Made by a program: the position numbers and the translations under genes. Shown one piece after another: positions 25,662 through 34,360 of a DNA stretch of 39,611 nucleotides (its first letter is position 1; the number at the start of each line of letters is the position of its first letter). The notes beneath the pieces were generated by a model. That model had not been told where the DNA came from. It made no database searches and worked only from the letters and a program-made list of their open reading frames with translations. The DNA is from a virus (taxonomy: Duplodnaviria; Caudoviricetes): positions 1 to 39,611 of IMG/VR virus record IMGVR_UViG_3300036798_000368. One strand, 5' to 3'.

Positions 25662-26752
25662 GCGTTCCCGCGCTGGACCTTGATCGCCGCCCGGATTTCA
25701 TCGTCGAGCGAGAGATTGCGCGCTTTCGGCACGTCGCCGGCGTGGCTGTTCGCCGGCGCCCCGATGACCGCTTTCGCGGCGTTCTGGGCGCGCTGGGCGG
25801 TGGCGGTTGCGGCCCGGTTGGTGCCCGTCCTTGCTTCCTCGAGGAGGATCGCGCGGATGTCCGGGTTGAGCCAGCACGCCGCTTCGTAAGCCGTTTGCAG
25901 ATCGGCGGCCTTCCCGGCCTGCACCAGGATCGACATGTCTTGGCGCACGTTATCGAAAAACCGATTGGCCGGATTCTGGGCAAATACGTCGATCTGCGAA
26001 TTGATTTCGCGGGTCTGGAATTCGGTCCTTATCATGTTTGCGGCGTGCGTCGCGATCGCATTCGGGTCATATTGCGGCTGCGGCGGCGGCTGCGGCTGCC
26101 CCGCCATATTGCCAGCCGTGCCCGCCGGCAGATAGCGCTGCGCCATGGCGGCGAGCAGCGCCTGCGGCTGGACCCCGAGGCGGCGGCACAGGAACTCGAC
26201 GCCGCCGACGAAATCCCGGCGAAGCTCGCTCTCGACCGTCACGTAATCGTTGACGGCGTTTTGCAGGCTCGTCCCGTTGCGCTCGGCCTCGTCGGCAAAC
26301 TTGGATAGGCCGCCGTATCTCTGCAATCCCGCGGCGACTTCCGCCTCGCGCCGGGCCTCGTGCTTGGCGATGTCCTCCTTGACGTGCTCGGGGAGGGCAT
26401 CCCACGCCTGCTTTGAGGCTACCGAGAATCCTGAAGGCGCGCGATGTCTAGGCGGTTCCTTTCCCTGTCCTCCGTCAGCCGCCTTTGTGCCAGGTTCAGC
26501 TCGATCTGCCGGTTCAGCAGCTCGCCCCGCTCCCGTTGCAACGCCCTTAGCAGCCCCTTCCGGTCCTCGAACGCCCTTAGCAGCCCGCTCTGTTGCTGAT
26601 CTGAATCTTCCATCTTCACCACGCTCCCGCTGGGTCTTGACCGCGTCCCTGATATCGGAGGACAGCTGCTCGGCCGGATCGGACGCGGGCTCGCTCGCTG
26701 GGGCCGGCGCGGCTGGCGGCTCAGTGCCAACGTCTTCGGTGTCGTCAGCCAT
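25658..26752 (-). CDS. Capsid scaffolding protein
   Basis: RGEDGRF, APSGFS...WDALPEHVKEDI, DLQTAYEAACW.NP; upstream of the capsid gene. Confidence 0.75.
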   Translation of the reverse strand: MADDTEDVGTEPPAAPAPASEPASDPAEQLSSDIRDAVKTQRERGEDGRFRSATERAAKGVRGPEGAAKGVATGAGRAAEPADRAEPGTKAADGGQGKEPPRHRAPSGFSVASKQAWDALPEHVKEDIAKHEARREAEVAAGLQRYGGLSKFADEAERNGTSLQNAVNDYVTVESELRRDFVGGVEFLCRRLGVQPQALLAAMAQRYLPAGTAGNMAGQPQPPPQPQYDPNAIATHAANMIRTEFQTREINSQIDVFAQNPANRFFDNVRQDMSILVQAGKAADLQTAYEAACWLNPDIRAILLEEARTGTNRAATATAQRAQNAAKAVIGAPANSHAGDVPKARNLSLDDEIRAAIKVQRGNA

Positions 26753-27104
26753 GTGCGATCTTCTCCAATTCAGGGTCCGGCGCCCCTAGGTCAGGTTTAT
26801 AGCCCTCTTTAACTTTATGCAGCGCTTCACCAATCTCAGCACCTTGTACTTCGCTCCTAACGATGTGACCTTTTTCCGCCATTGCTTCCGCCTCATTCCC
26901 GACAATCTCGCAGCCCGCTGCTCTAATAGCCTTATAGTACTCAGACTTAGAGTCATAGACTTTCCCATCCGCGGGGTTTTGCACATCGTCGAGATGATCG
27001 CCGATCACATAGGGGCAAGGCAGCGCCGAGCGCGCCCGCTCGCGCCGCAGCGCGGCGACTTCCGGCCAGGGCCTCAGCGCCCCGTCGTGAATGATGTATT
27101 TCAT
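26745..27104 (-). CDS. Conserved phage hypothetical protein
   Basis: CPYVIGD...NPADGKVYDSKS.Y...GCEIVGNE. Confidence 0.7.
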   Translation of the reverse strand: MKYIIHDGALRPWPEVAALRRERARSALPCPYVIGDHLDDVQNPADGKVYDSKSEYYKAIRAAGCEIVGNEAEAMAEKGHIVRSEVQGAEIGEALHKVKEGYKPDLGAPDPELEKIAHG

Positions 27105-27535
27105 ATCATAACCCCCGTCGCCATCACGCTTGCCGCATCGGTGCTGTCGCCAAAGGCGGCGAGGGTAACCACGATATCGGCGCCCGCCGCCGCTGCCGGC
27201 ATCGGGGCTCCCATCGGAATCGACGAGACATCGCCGCCGGACAGTGGGAAGCCAAAAGTGATCGTGCCGGCGGCCAGGCCGGTGATCGTGAGGGCAGCCA
27301 TCGCCGCGTTTGTCACCAAGCCGGAGATTGCGACGCTGGTCAGATAGACGACCCTGCCGGGGGCGCTGGCGAGAGTTGCGACTGCGTCGGCCGGCTGCGT
27401 CACGATCCCGGACGAGTCAGCAAGCGAGGTCGCCCCGGTCGGGAGGGGTACCGCGGCGACGTTCACCGGGTTCGCCGAGGTGCCATCGGGGGAACCCCCG
27501 TCGGCGGCGTAGTTTTGATGGACCGCGAGAGACAT
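27101..27535 (-). CDS. Hypothetical (possibly structural) protein
   Basis: Beta-rich; coupled to the next ORF. Confidence 0.6.
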   Translation of the reverse strand: MSLAVHQNYAADGGSPDGTSANPVNVAAVPLPTGATSLADSSGIVTQPADAVATLASAPGRVVYLTSVAISGLVTNAAMAALTITGLAAGTITFGFPLSGGDVSSIPMGAPMPAAAAGADIVVTLAAFGDSTDAASVMATGVMI

Positions 27536-27568
27536 CGCCCTAGTACTCCTTCCTATCGTCCGTGTGTT

Positions 27569-27793
27569 TTACAAGCGTAACGAACCGAATGCCGGGACCG
27601 CAATCCCCGCCATTGCCAGCAGTTGAAGAATAACCCACAAAACAATGCACACTGTAATCAAGACTATCAATACATTTACGATAGTGCGAAACGGCTCGCC
27701 CAGCGGGATAAGCGGAAGCAGTTGCTGAACCGCCCACCAGGCAACGCCGAGCAGGATCACCACGATCAGAATACCGATGAGAGTGCCAATCAT
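27569..27793 (-). CDS. Small two-TM membrane protein
   Basis: MIGTLIGILIVVILLGVAWW...EPFRTIVNVLIVLI... Confidence 0.7.
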   Translation of the reverse strand: MIGTLIGILIVVILLGVAWWAVQQLLPLIPLGEPFRTIVNVLIVLITVCIVLWVILQLLAMAGIAVPAFGSLRL

Positions 27794-27807
27794 AAGTTCG
27801 ACCCTTC

Positions 27808-28512
27808 TTAGAATCCTTGTGCGTTGCCGGGCTCGATCGGCCATTTCGGCATCTGATCGATCGCCGCTTGTTGGCGGTCGGCGGCCATCTTGTCCATGGT
27901 CGCGCCGTGTTGCATCAACGCCTCGGCGCCTTTTTGCTGATGGTCGCGGGCATCGGCGGCGATCTTCATCCGCAGCTCGGCGAGCTTGGCTTGGCTCTCG
28001 GCGATGATCTGTTGCAGCTTGGCGGCCGCTTCTTGCTGGCCGGTTTGTGAATCCATTTGCGCCTTCGAGATTTCCGCCTGCGTTTTGGCTTGCGCCGCCT
28101 GCAATTTCACATTCTCGGCCTGGACCTTGGGATCGGCGCCCTTTTGCGCCATCGCCTGTTGCATCGCCTGCGGCGACGACAATTTGTCGGCGGTCTCTTC
28201 GATCACCTCTTCGAGCTCGCGGCCGACGCGAAAAGCCCTTACCCCGAACATCAACAATTGCCCGGCGAGCGGCGCCAGCTCCGGCTTCTGCATGACCATC
28301 GGCCCCCACGCCTCGAGGAACTTGGTCATCGATTCGATAAATTGGGTTCTATCCTGCTTTTCCCGGCTCTCGTCGCCGACGATCGTCGAATCCGTCTCGA
28401 TCTCGATCTTGAACCGCCGCAGCAGATTGTTCTTGAGCAGGCCAAACACATCCTCTTGGGTCGGAGTCTGACCGATCGGGGGGTGTCCGGTCGCCGGCAG
28501 CGGGGGAAGCAT
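27808..28512 (-). CDS. Portal protein, C-terminal part (separate ORF)
   Basis: LLRRFKIEIETDSTIVGDESREKQDRTQF plus a Gln/Ala coiled coil; own GAGGAG RBS. Confidence 0.7.
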   Translation of the reverse strand: MLPPLPATGHPPIGQTPTQEDVFGLLKNNLLRRFKIEIETDSTIVGDESREKQDRTQFIESMTKFLEAWGPMVMQKPELAPLAGQLLMFGVRAFRVGRELEEVIEETADKLSSPQAMQQAMAQKGADPKVQAENVKLQAAQAKTQAEISKAQMDSQTGQQEAAAKLQQIIAESQAKLAELRMKIAADARDHQQKGAEALMQHGATMDKMAADRQQAAIDQMPKWPIEPGNAQGF

Positions 28513-28525
28513 TATCGCTCCTCGA

Positions 28526-30373
28526 TCATCGTGGGCCAGCCCCCATTGCGCCGCTCGCCGGAACGGCGGCCGGCGGTCCCGCGCCGAGTCCCGGCCGGAT
28601 GGGCAGCGGCGGCCGCTGAGTCGGCGTCGGAAGCCCCGGCGCCGGCGCCGGGCTCGGCGCTGTGGGATCGGCGGCGGCCATTTGCAGGTGGCGCTGCGCC
28701 GCGAGATGGGCGAGCATCAAAGTGAGCCTGCTCGGCAATTTCATGTTGCTCATTTCCATGACCGTCGCCGGCGCGCAATATTGGGCGATGATCTGTCCGA
28801 CCAGCCTAGCGATGTCGCGGCAAAATCTCGCGATCTCGGTCTGCCGGTCCTTGATCCGCGTGCCGCCGTATTGCGCTTTGAGTTGCTGCGCCCCCTCGGT
28901 TTCCTGCGGATCGGTGGCGCCGCGCATGATATCCGAGATTCCGATGATCTGGTAGACGTCCTCAACCAATTGCTGGCGCAGCTTGATGCATCCTTCGAGC
29001 ACCGAGATCACTTGCTCGACCGGGACCCACACGATCGGCGCCGCCTTGCCGCCGCCGCCTTCCAGGAATTGCGAAAATCCCTGCACCGCGATCAATTTGT
29101 TCTCGAACCCTGGCGACATCGCCTTTTCGATCTCCGGCGAACCCTCGCCCTGCGGTCCGGCCGGATAGAAGCCGACGAGCTTTAAGGCGTCCGACAGGCC
29201 GCCGATCCGCGCCGTCAATTGATCGATCTCCTCGGCCTGATCTTGATAGAACACGAAGTCCGGCACCGGCACCAAGCTATCCGGCGACAACGTCCCATAG
29301 GCCGGTCGCGGGCAGGGATAAAATCCGTCGAGCTCGAGGTAAGGCTTGCCGCTTTCCAGGATTTCTGGATAGCCGGGCGACACCCACAGCACCTCGTTTT
29401 TCGCCTTGTCCCAGACCTCCCAGACCGCCGCCTTGCGGACCTGGCTGGCGCCGGCGGCGGTGCCCCGCTCGTCCTCGTCGGCCAATGGGTCGGCATCGAG
29501 GGCGATCTCCTTGCCGACCTTGGCGCCGAACCGCTTGGTAATTTCGGCCCGCGTCATATAGGCCCGGAACGCGACCCATTGGCACTCCGACCAGACCCGC
29601 GCCGGTTGATGCCGAAAATCCAATCGTTGGACGAACCTTATTCTGACATTCTCGAATTTGATCTTGCGCGGACTGCTTCCCGGTCCGCAGGGCTCATCGC
29701 GATCAGCTCCCGGGCGCGCGCCTGGAACAGCTCCAATTGCGCCTTGACCGCCGGGTAATCCGGGCATCCCGATGCCGCCAGCTCCTCCGCCAAGAGTTCC
29801 CAGAACACCGAGTCCGGGTGGTAAAATTCCGCCTCCTCCAAGGCCTCCAGCAAATCGGTCACCCGCGTTTCCGCCTGCTTGAGGAAGACCAGGGTTTTCC
29901 GGTCCTTGAATGATGCTTTCGGCACCTGAAATATCCTCGATCTGATCGTCCTCGGTCTCATATTCCGGCTCATAGTAAACTCTTGCGACGCCGCGCGCGT
30001 AGAGCAGGAAATCGTCGCGGACCATCTTGAACTCGGTGTCGAAGTCGGCGGCGTCAAAGGAAAAATTCACCGCCCGCTCGAGCACCTCGCCGGCTTGCCG
30101 GGCGATCGGGTCTTGATCGCGGTAGCGGCGCGACACCACGGCATGCGGCGGCTTGGCGTAGATCGCGCTCTGCATGGTCTGGACGTTCGACCACAACATC
30201 TGATATTTGCGGATTCTGACCAGCGCCGAGCCCTCGTAGAGGTAGCGCCGGCGGATGATCCGGCAGCGCTCCTCATAGCGCGACATCCCATCGTCCCTGC
30301 GGGAGTCCTCGAGGCGGGAGAGCCAGGTCCCGACGTCGTCGCTCGGGCAAAGATCGTTGTCATTAGCAGCCAT
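28526..30373 (-). CDS. Portal protein, N-terminal part
   Basis: LWSNVQT...YAKPP...VSRRY.D.DP; FYPCPRP..GT...PVPDF..YQDQA.EID.LT.RI; IIGISDIMRG; follows terL. Confidence 0.85.
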   Translation of the reverse strand: MAANDNDLCPSDDVGTWLSRLEDSRRDDGMSRYEERCRIIRRRYLYEGSALVRIRKYQMLWSNVQTMQSAIYAKPPHAVVSRRYRDQDPIARQAGEVLERAVNFSFDAADFDTEFKMVRDDFLLYARGVARVYYEPEYETEDDQIEDISGAESIIQGPENPGLPQAGGNAGDRFAGGLGGGGILPPGLGVLGTLGGGAGGIGMPGLPGGQGAIGAVPGARPGADRDEPCGPGSSPRKIKFENVRIRFVQRLDFRHQPARVWSECQWVAFRAYMTRAEITKRFGAKVGKEIALDADPLADEDERGTAAGASQVRKAAVWEVWDKAKNEVLWVSPGYPEILESGKPYLELDGFYPCPRPAYGTLSPDSLVPVPDFVFYQDQAEEIDQLTARIGGLSDALKLVGFYPAGPQGEGSPEIEKAMSPGFENKLIAVQGFSQFLEGGGGKAAPIVWVPVEQVISVLEGCIKLRQQLVEDVYQIIGISDIMRGATDPQETEGAQQLKAQYGGTRIKDRQTEIARFCRDIARLVGQIIAQYCAPATVMEMSNMKLPSRLTLMLAHLAAQRHLQMAAADPTAPSPAPAPGLPTPTQRPPLPIRPGLGAGPPAAVPASGAMGAGPR

Positions 30374-31722
30374 TATGCCCGCTCCCGCCTTTCCCGCTCC
30401 CGGTTGCCATAGGCGACATAATCACCGATCGTCAGCTCCTCGGTCGGAATGAACAGCGGCTTTGGTTCCGGCGTGATCTCCTTGCGGATCATTTTCCAGG
30501 CCATCGCCAAATACCGAAAAGCATCGGCGCCGTGCGAGGCCCAATCATGCTCGGCGACGTCCCGGAACACTCTGAGCCGCTCACTCCAATCCTGCCGGTA
30601 TTGGCGCAGCGCCTCGAGCCCGGCGGCGCACCTCTGGGCGTTGAACTTGGCGATTCTCAAGGTCATCTTGGCGGCATTGATCCCATCGTCGACGCTATGT
30701 TTTGGCACCAAACAAGGCTTCCGCCCGGCGGCGCGCAAGGTCTCCACCCTTGTCCGCCCGGTCTCGAACGAATGCACCTTGGCGTCGTGCGGCAGATAAT
30801 CGAATCCGTCATAGCCCAATTGGGTCAATTTGGCGATATAGTCGTCGAAATAATACCCTTGGACCTGGATGAAATCATGGATGAGCGGGCCGCGCTCACC
30901 GACCTGGAACGCCCAGATCGCCATGTTCGAGCCGTTGCCCAAGTCCCAGGCGCAATGCATCGGCGCCGGCAGCACCGGCAGATCGTCGACGAGGCGCCCC
31001 TCGATCTCGGCCTGCTGCATGTCCTTGCCGTAATAGGCGCCGAGAATCGCGGCATAGGGATCGCATTCGAATTCGGCGGCATAGGCCTCCGGCGTCATCA
31101 GGCGGCGCGCGTCCTCAAGCTCGGCCTCCGGCACGACGCCGGTCTCCGAGGCCTTCAGAAGCAGCGAGAACCAGGCCGGATCATGGGCGACGTTTTTGTA
31201 GAGTTGCCACAATTGGTTGCGGCCCTTGATCGTGCCGATGATCGTGGCAAAGCCGCCGCGGTCGGCGAGCATCGGCCGGATGATCTGGGTCCAGAGAGAC
31301 GGCGCGATGTCGGCGAATTCGTCCAAAACCGCGCCGTCCGAATAGGGGCCGCGCAAGGCGTCCGGATTGTCCGCCCCGAACAGGGTAATCCTAGAGCCGC
31401 CGAGGAGATCGACTCTGAGCTCGGCGATGTTCGGCGGGCAGGCCTGGACCGGCGCGGTGAATTGGGTGAGATAGTCCCACGCCACCGTCTTCGCCTGGTT
31501 GCGCAACGGCGCGATGTAGTGGAACCGCCCGGCCGGCTTTTTGAGGTCGAGGGCGAAATCGATCAGGTCCATCAGGCTCGCCACCGTCTTGCCGCTGCGC
31601 CGATGGGCGATCATGCAGGCCCAGCGTTGGGTGCGATGGTGGAAACCGCGGAAGATCTGGCGCGGCTGGTAGCCGAGCTTAATCTGCGGGGTCGGGGGAA
31701 TCACGGCGGTCTTACTTTCCAC
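30373..31722 (-). CDS. terL: Terminase large subunit
   Basis: Walker A HRRSGKT, Walker B AVLDE, nuclease WDLG...PHD...SHGADAFRY. Confidence 0.93.
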   Translation of the reverse strand: MESKTAVIPPTPQIKLGYQPRQIFRGFHHRTQRWACMIAHRRSGKTVASLMDLIDFALDLKKPAGRFHYIAPLRNQAKTVAWDYLTQFTAPVQACPPNIAELRVDLLGGSRITLFGADNPDALRGPYSDGAVLDEFADIAPSLWTQIIRPMLADRGGFATIIGTIKGRNQLWQLYKNVAHDPAWFSLLLKASETGVVPEAELEDARRLMTPEAYAAEFECDPYAAILGAYYGKDMQQAEIEGRLVDDLPVLPAPMHCAWDLGNGSNMAIWAFQVGERGPLIHDFIQVQGYYFDDYIAKLTQLGYDGFDYLPHDAKVHSFETGRTRVETLRAAGRKPCLVPKHSVDDGINAAKMTLRIAKFNAQRCAAGLEALRQYRQDWSERLRVFRDVAEHDWASHGADAFRYLAMAWKMIRKEITPEPKPLFIPTEELTIGDYVAYGNRERERRERA

Positions 31723-31790
31723 CTACAACAAAATGATTGATTGCGCGCAAGAAATCGTGAACAAGGTCCGACCAACAAAAGGAGCATGGC

Positions 31791-32123
31791 TTGTCGCCCG
31801 CAAAGAGAGTCCTCCAAGAGAAATATGGGAAACCACGCTCTATTTACGCTTTCGGGCTGAAAATGAGCCGCCGCGTAAAAAAAGCGCCCGATCGCGATCG
31901 CGATTGTTCCGCCGCAACGCGAGAGTACACTCTTTATCTTGTGCCGCTCTTGAGAGATGGTATTTACGATTACTGGGACTATTGCGTTATCGATCGTCTC
32001 TTCGAACTTGTCGGGACCACAGGCGTTGGGCGCATCTTCACTAAGTTGGGCCTGATCCATCAATTGATACATTGCCTTCGAGGGCGATTGAGCGATGAGA
32101 CCGTCAATTTCACTATCCACTAA
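31791..32123 (+). CDS. Hypothetical protein, antisense, inside the terS-terL insertion
   Basis: AGGAG RBS then TTG; AT-richer region; competing ORFs in other frames. Confidence 0.35.
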   Translation: MSPAKRVLQEKYGKPRSIYAFGLKMSRRVKKAPDRDRDCSAATREYTLYLVPLLRDGIYDYWDYCVIDRLFELVGTTGVGRIFTKLGLIHQLIHCLRGRLSDETVNFTIH

Positions 32124-32134
32124 GGACCCCCTCC

Positions 32135-32386
32135 ATGGCACCTCACACCCACTGGAAAACATCGAACAATGGTAACGACTTCATCCTCACCGTCACCGGC
32201 GGCCGGTTCACCGTGCTAGCCGAAACGCCGGAAGGGCCGGTTTTGCTGATGCACGAGAATTTCGACACCCCCAAAGAATGCAAGGCGTACGCCGAGCGAT
32301 TGGTCTTGCTCGTCGCCATCGACAGGCTGCGCCAGCGCCGCGATGACGACGACGAGCCGCCGCCGGCACTTGCCGTAGCCGCATAA
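32135..32386 (+). CDS. Hypothetical protein, antisense, inside the terS-terL insertion
   Basis: AAGGA RBS then ATG; converges on 32390-32887. Confidence 0.55.
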   Translation: MAPHTHWKTSNNGNDFILTVTGGRFTVLAETPEGPVLLMHENFDTPKECKAYAERLVLLVAIDRLRQRRDDDDEPPPALAVAA

Positions 32387-32389
32387 AGA

Positions 32390-32887
32390 TCACTGATCTG
32401 CTGGATCATTGCCTTTTGGTCGCACTCCCAGGATCGCGAAGGCCCGCTCGGCGCCATCGATTACCGCGATCTCGACCTGGGTTTTCAGCCGCCGCGTCGA
32501 CAAGGTCTCGAGGGCGCGCTCGTTCCAGATCGTATAGAACGAATGCGCCCGCGCCTGCTCGAGCGAAAGCACCTCCGTCTTTTCGTCCTTGAGAAAGCCC
32601 TGCAGCCGCTTGACCTGGCGCTCGGCCTTTTTAAATCCGCTCGGATAGCTCGTGGTTATCTCGCCCGGCATCAGGCGCTTCAATCCGACCTTGGGAATGG
32701 CGCGGAAATGGATGCCGAAGGTCCGCCGCAGATAGCCGCGCGCGCTGGCGATCTTGCCGTCCGCCCCGTGCGGGACGCGCGCCCCGGCGAGATCGGCGAG
32801 GGTCGAGCGCGCAATGCTTTCGCCCTCGTTCAGCGCCTGCAGCGCATCGATGATCTTGGAGGTGGCCTCGGAACGGGTCGGGATCAT
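32390..32887 (-). CDS. Putative winged-helix accessory protein of the RAMP/array locus
   Basis: AAAGGAG RBS directly after array C; IIDAL...EGESIARSTLADLAG...GIHFRAIPKVGLKRL. Confidence 0.6.
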   Translation of the reverse strand: MIPTRSEATSKIIDALQALNEGESIARSTLADLAGARVPHGADGKIASARGYLRRTFGIHFRAIPKVGLKRLMPGEITTSYPSGFKKAERQVKRLQGFLKDEKTEVLSLEQARAHSFYTIWNERALETLSTRRLKTQVEIAVIDGAERAFAILGVRPKGNDPADQ

Positions 32888-32904
32888 GATGGTTCTCCTT
32901 TACG

Positions 32905-33214
32905 ATGCCGTGTCGTGTTGTGGGGTGCAGTGTCGTGGGGTGAAGTGCCGTGTCGTGGGGTGGGGTGATGTGATGTGTGATGGGGTGTTGTGCCGTGTCG
33001 TGCTGTGGGGTGTCGTGTTGTGAAGTGATGTGAAGTGCTGTGCGGTATAGTGATGTCGCGTGGGGTGCTGTGTGGTGATGTGGGGTGCAGTAGCGTCCTG
33101 TGTTGTGTTGTGGCGTGCGGTGTCGTGTGGGGATGTGGGGTGGCGTGCGGTATCGTGGCGTGGGGTGCAGTGCGGTGGCGTGCTGTGAAGTGACGTGGCG
33201 TAGCGTGGCGTGCT
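32905..33214 (-). repeat. Array C: 62 x NN-CAC pentamers (putative guide RNA array)
   Basis: GTGNN on + strand in unbroken 5-bp phase over 310 bp; starts 4 nt after the RAMP stop. Confidence 0.92.
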
Positions 33215-33218
33215 GACA

Positions 33219-33797
33219 TTACGTCGCGCCTGTTGGAGTTTCGGACCAGACGAATTTGGTGCATTTGAAGCGGCCGCTCGAGCCGCCGTTCTCCGGCCGG
33301 TTCTGGCCGACCCCGACGAGCAGCCCAGCCTCGTTCGCATGCTGCTCGAACACCGCCGGGGTGATCGTCTCGTCGACGACGATCACCTCGAGCTCGCCGC
33401 GCCAGGCCTTGACCTCCGGGAAAAACCGCACCACCCGCTTGCCGGAGCCGGCGACGCCATCGGCGTTGCAGCTCACCGCGATGCGGCCGACTTTCTCCTT
33501 CTTTTGGCCGACCGGAACACCAGCGGGCACCATCACGCCGGCCATGAAATGCTTAGTGTAGGTCGCCTTGCCGCGGTTCTTGATCTGGATCGACAGCATC
33601 TTGGCGGCGCGGTCGAAGGCTTTTTTGAACGCCGCCGCCGGGATCATGATTTCGCCATTGCCGTCGGTCGTGCATTTCTCCCGCCAGGTCCGCTCCTCAT
33701 AGGCGTCGGGGCCTTCTTTCTCTAGCTTCTCAGTAAAGTGCTGGCGGCTCTGGTAATAGGGCGCCCGCGATTCCATTGTGATCATGCATTTTTTCAT
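33219..33797 (-). CDS. Stand-alone RAMP/Cas7-like protein (192 aa)
   Basis: N-terminal beta strand, IMIPAAAFKKAF (cf. RAMP IPxSxxKG), W.G.L.V strand, Gly-rich loop AGLLVGVGQNRPENGGSSGRF; AAAGGAG RBS; flanked by arrays. Confidence 0.75.
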   Translation of the reverse strand: MKKCMITMESRAPYYQSRQHFTEKLEKEGPDAYEERTWREKCTTDGNGEIMIPAAAFKKAFDRAAKMLSIQIKNRGKATYTKHFMAGVMVPAGVPVGQKKEKVGRIAVSCNADGVAGSGKRVVRFFPEVKAWRGELEVIVVDETITPAVFEQHANEAGLLVGVGQNRPENGGSSGRFKCTKFVWSETPTGAT

Positions 33798-33811
33798 GTT
33801 TCAGCTCCTTT

Positions 33812-34116
33812 GTGTTGTGACGTGCGGTGCAGTGAAGTGGAGTGCTGTGGGGTGCAGGGCCGTGTGGTGCTGTGTTGTGCCGTGGCGTGACGTGCCGAGT
33901 TGTGTCGTGCCGGGTCGTGCCGCGATGTGCAGTGACGTGGGGTGACGTGAGGTGCGGTGCTGTGGCGCGATGTGCAGTGCTGTGATGTGGCGTGATGTGA
34001 TGTGGAGTAGAGTGTGGTGCGGTGTGTTGATGTGATGTGGAGTGGCGTGAGGTGCCGTGACGTGAGGTGCCGTGCAGTGTCGTGCGGTAAGGTGCAGTGC
34101 AGTGCAGTGGCGTGAG
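33812..34116 (-). repeat. Array B: 61 x NN-CAC pentamers (putative guide RNA array)
   Basis: Unbroken 5-bp phase over 305 bp; ends directly in the RBS of the RAMP gene. Confidence 0.92.
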
Positions 34117-34126
34117 GGGAGAATCA

Positions 34127-34336
34127 TCATGGCGAAGGATCCTCCTCCGGATCGAGCGCATCCGCCCCGGTCGGCTCGAGGAGCCGCGTCAGGATCGCGA
34201 CCACCGCCCGGTCGACATCGCGCTCGAGCCCTTTCGCCCGGGTCAGGCCCTCCATGCTGCGCTCGCGAAAATATTCCTTCTGGGCATCCCGCATGCGGCG
34301 CACCAGCAGCGCCAAATCCCGTAGCTCGGTGTTCAT
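34127..34336 (-). CDS. Small helical hypothetical protein between arrays A and B
   Basis: LVRRMRDAQKEYFR...AKGLERDVD. Confidence 0.65.
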   Translation of the reverse strand: MNTELRDLALLVRRMRDAQKEYFRERSMEGLTRAKGLERDVDRAVVAILTRLLEPTGADALDPEEDPSP

Positions 34337-34360
34337 GATGTCAAACCTCGCGCTCCTATT

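Noticed and set aside
33025-33049. Array C units AT AA CT CG TA resembling the terL N-terminus I-K-L-G-Y
   Set aside because: Only 9/10 nt over five units; too short to separate from chance by hand, though worth including in a gapped search
33972-34006. Array B units TC AT AT GC AT AG TG resembling the cro promoter/operator region
   Set aside because: 11/14 nt; expected by chance given the number of alignments tried
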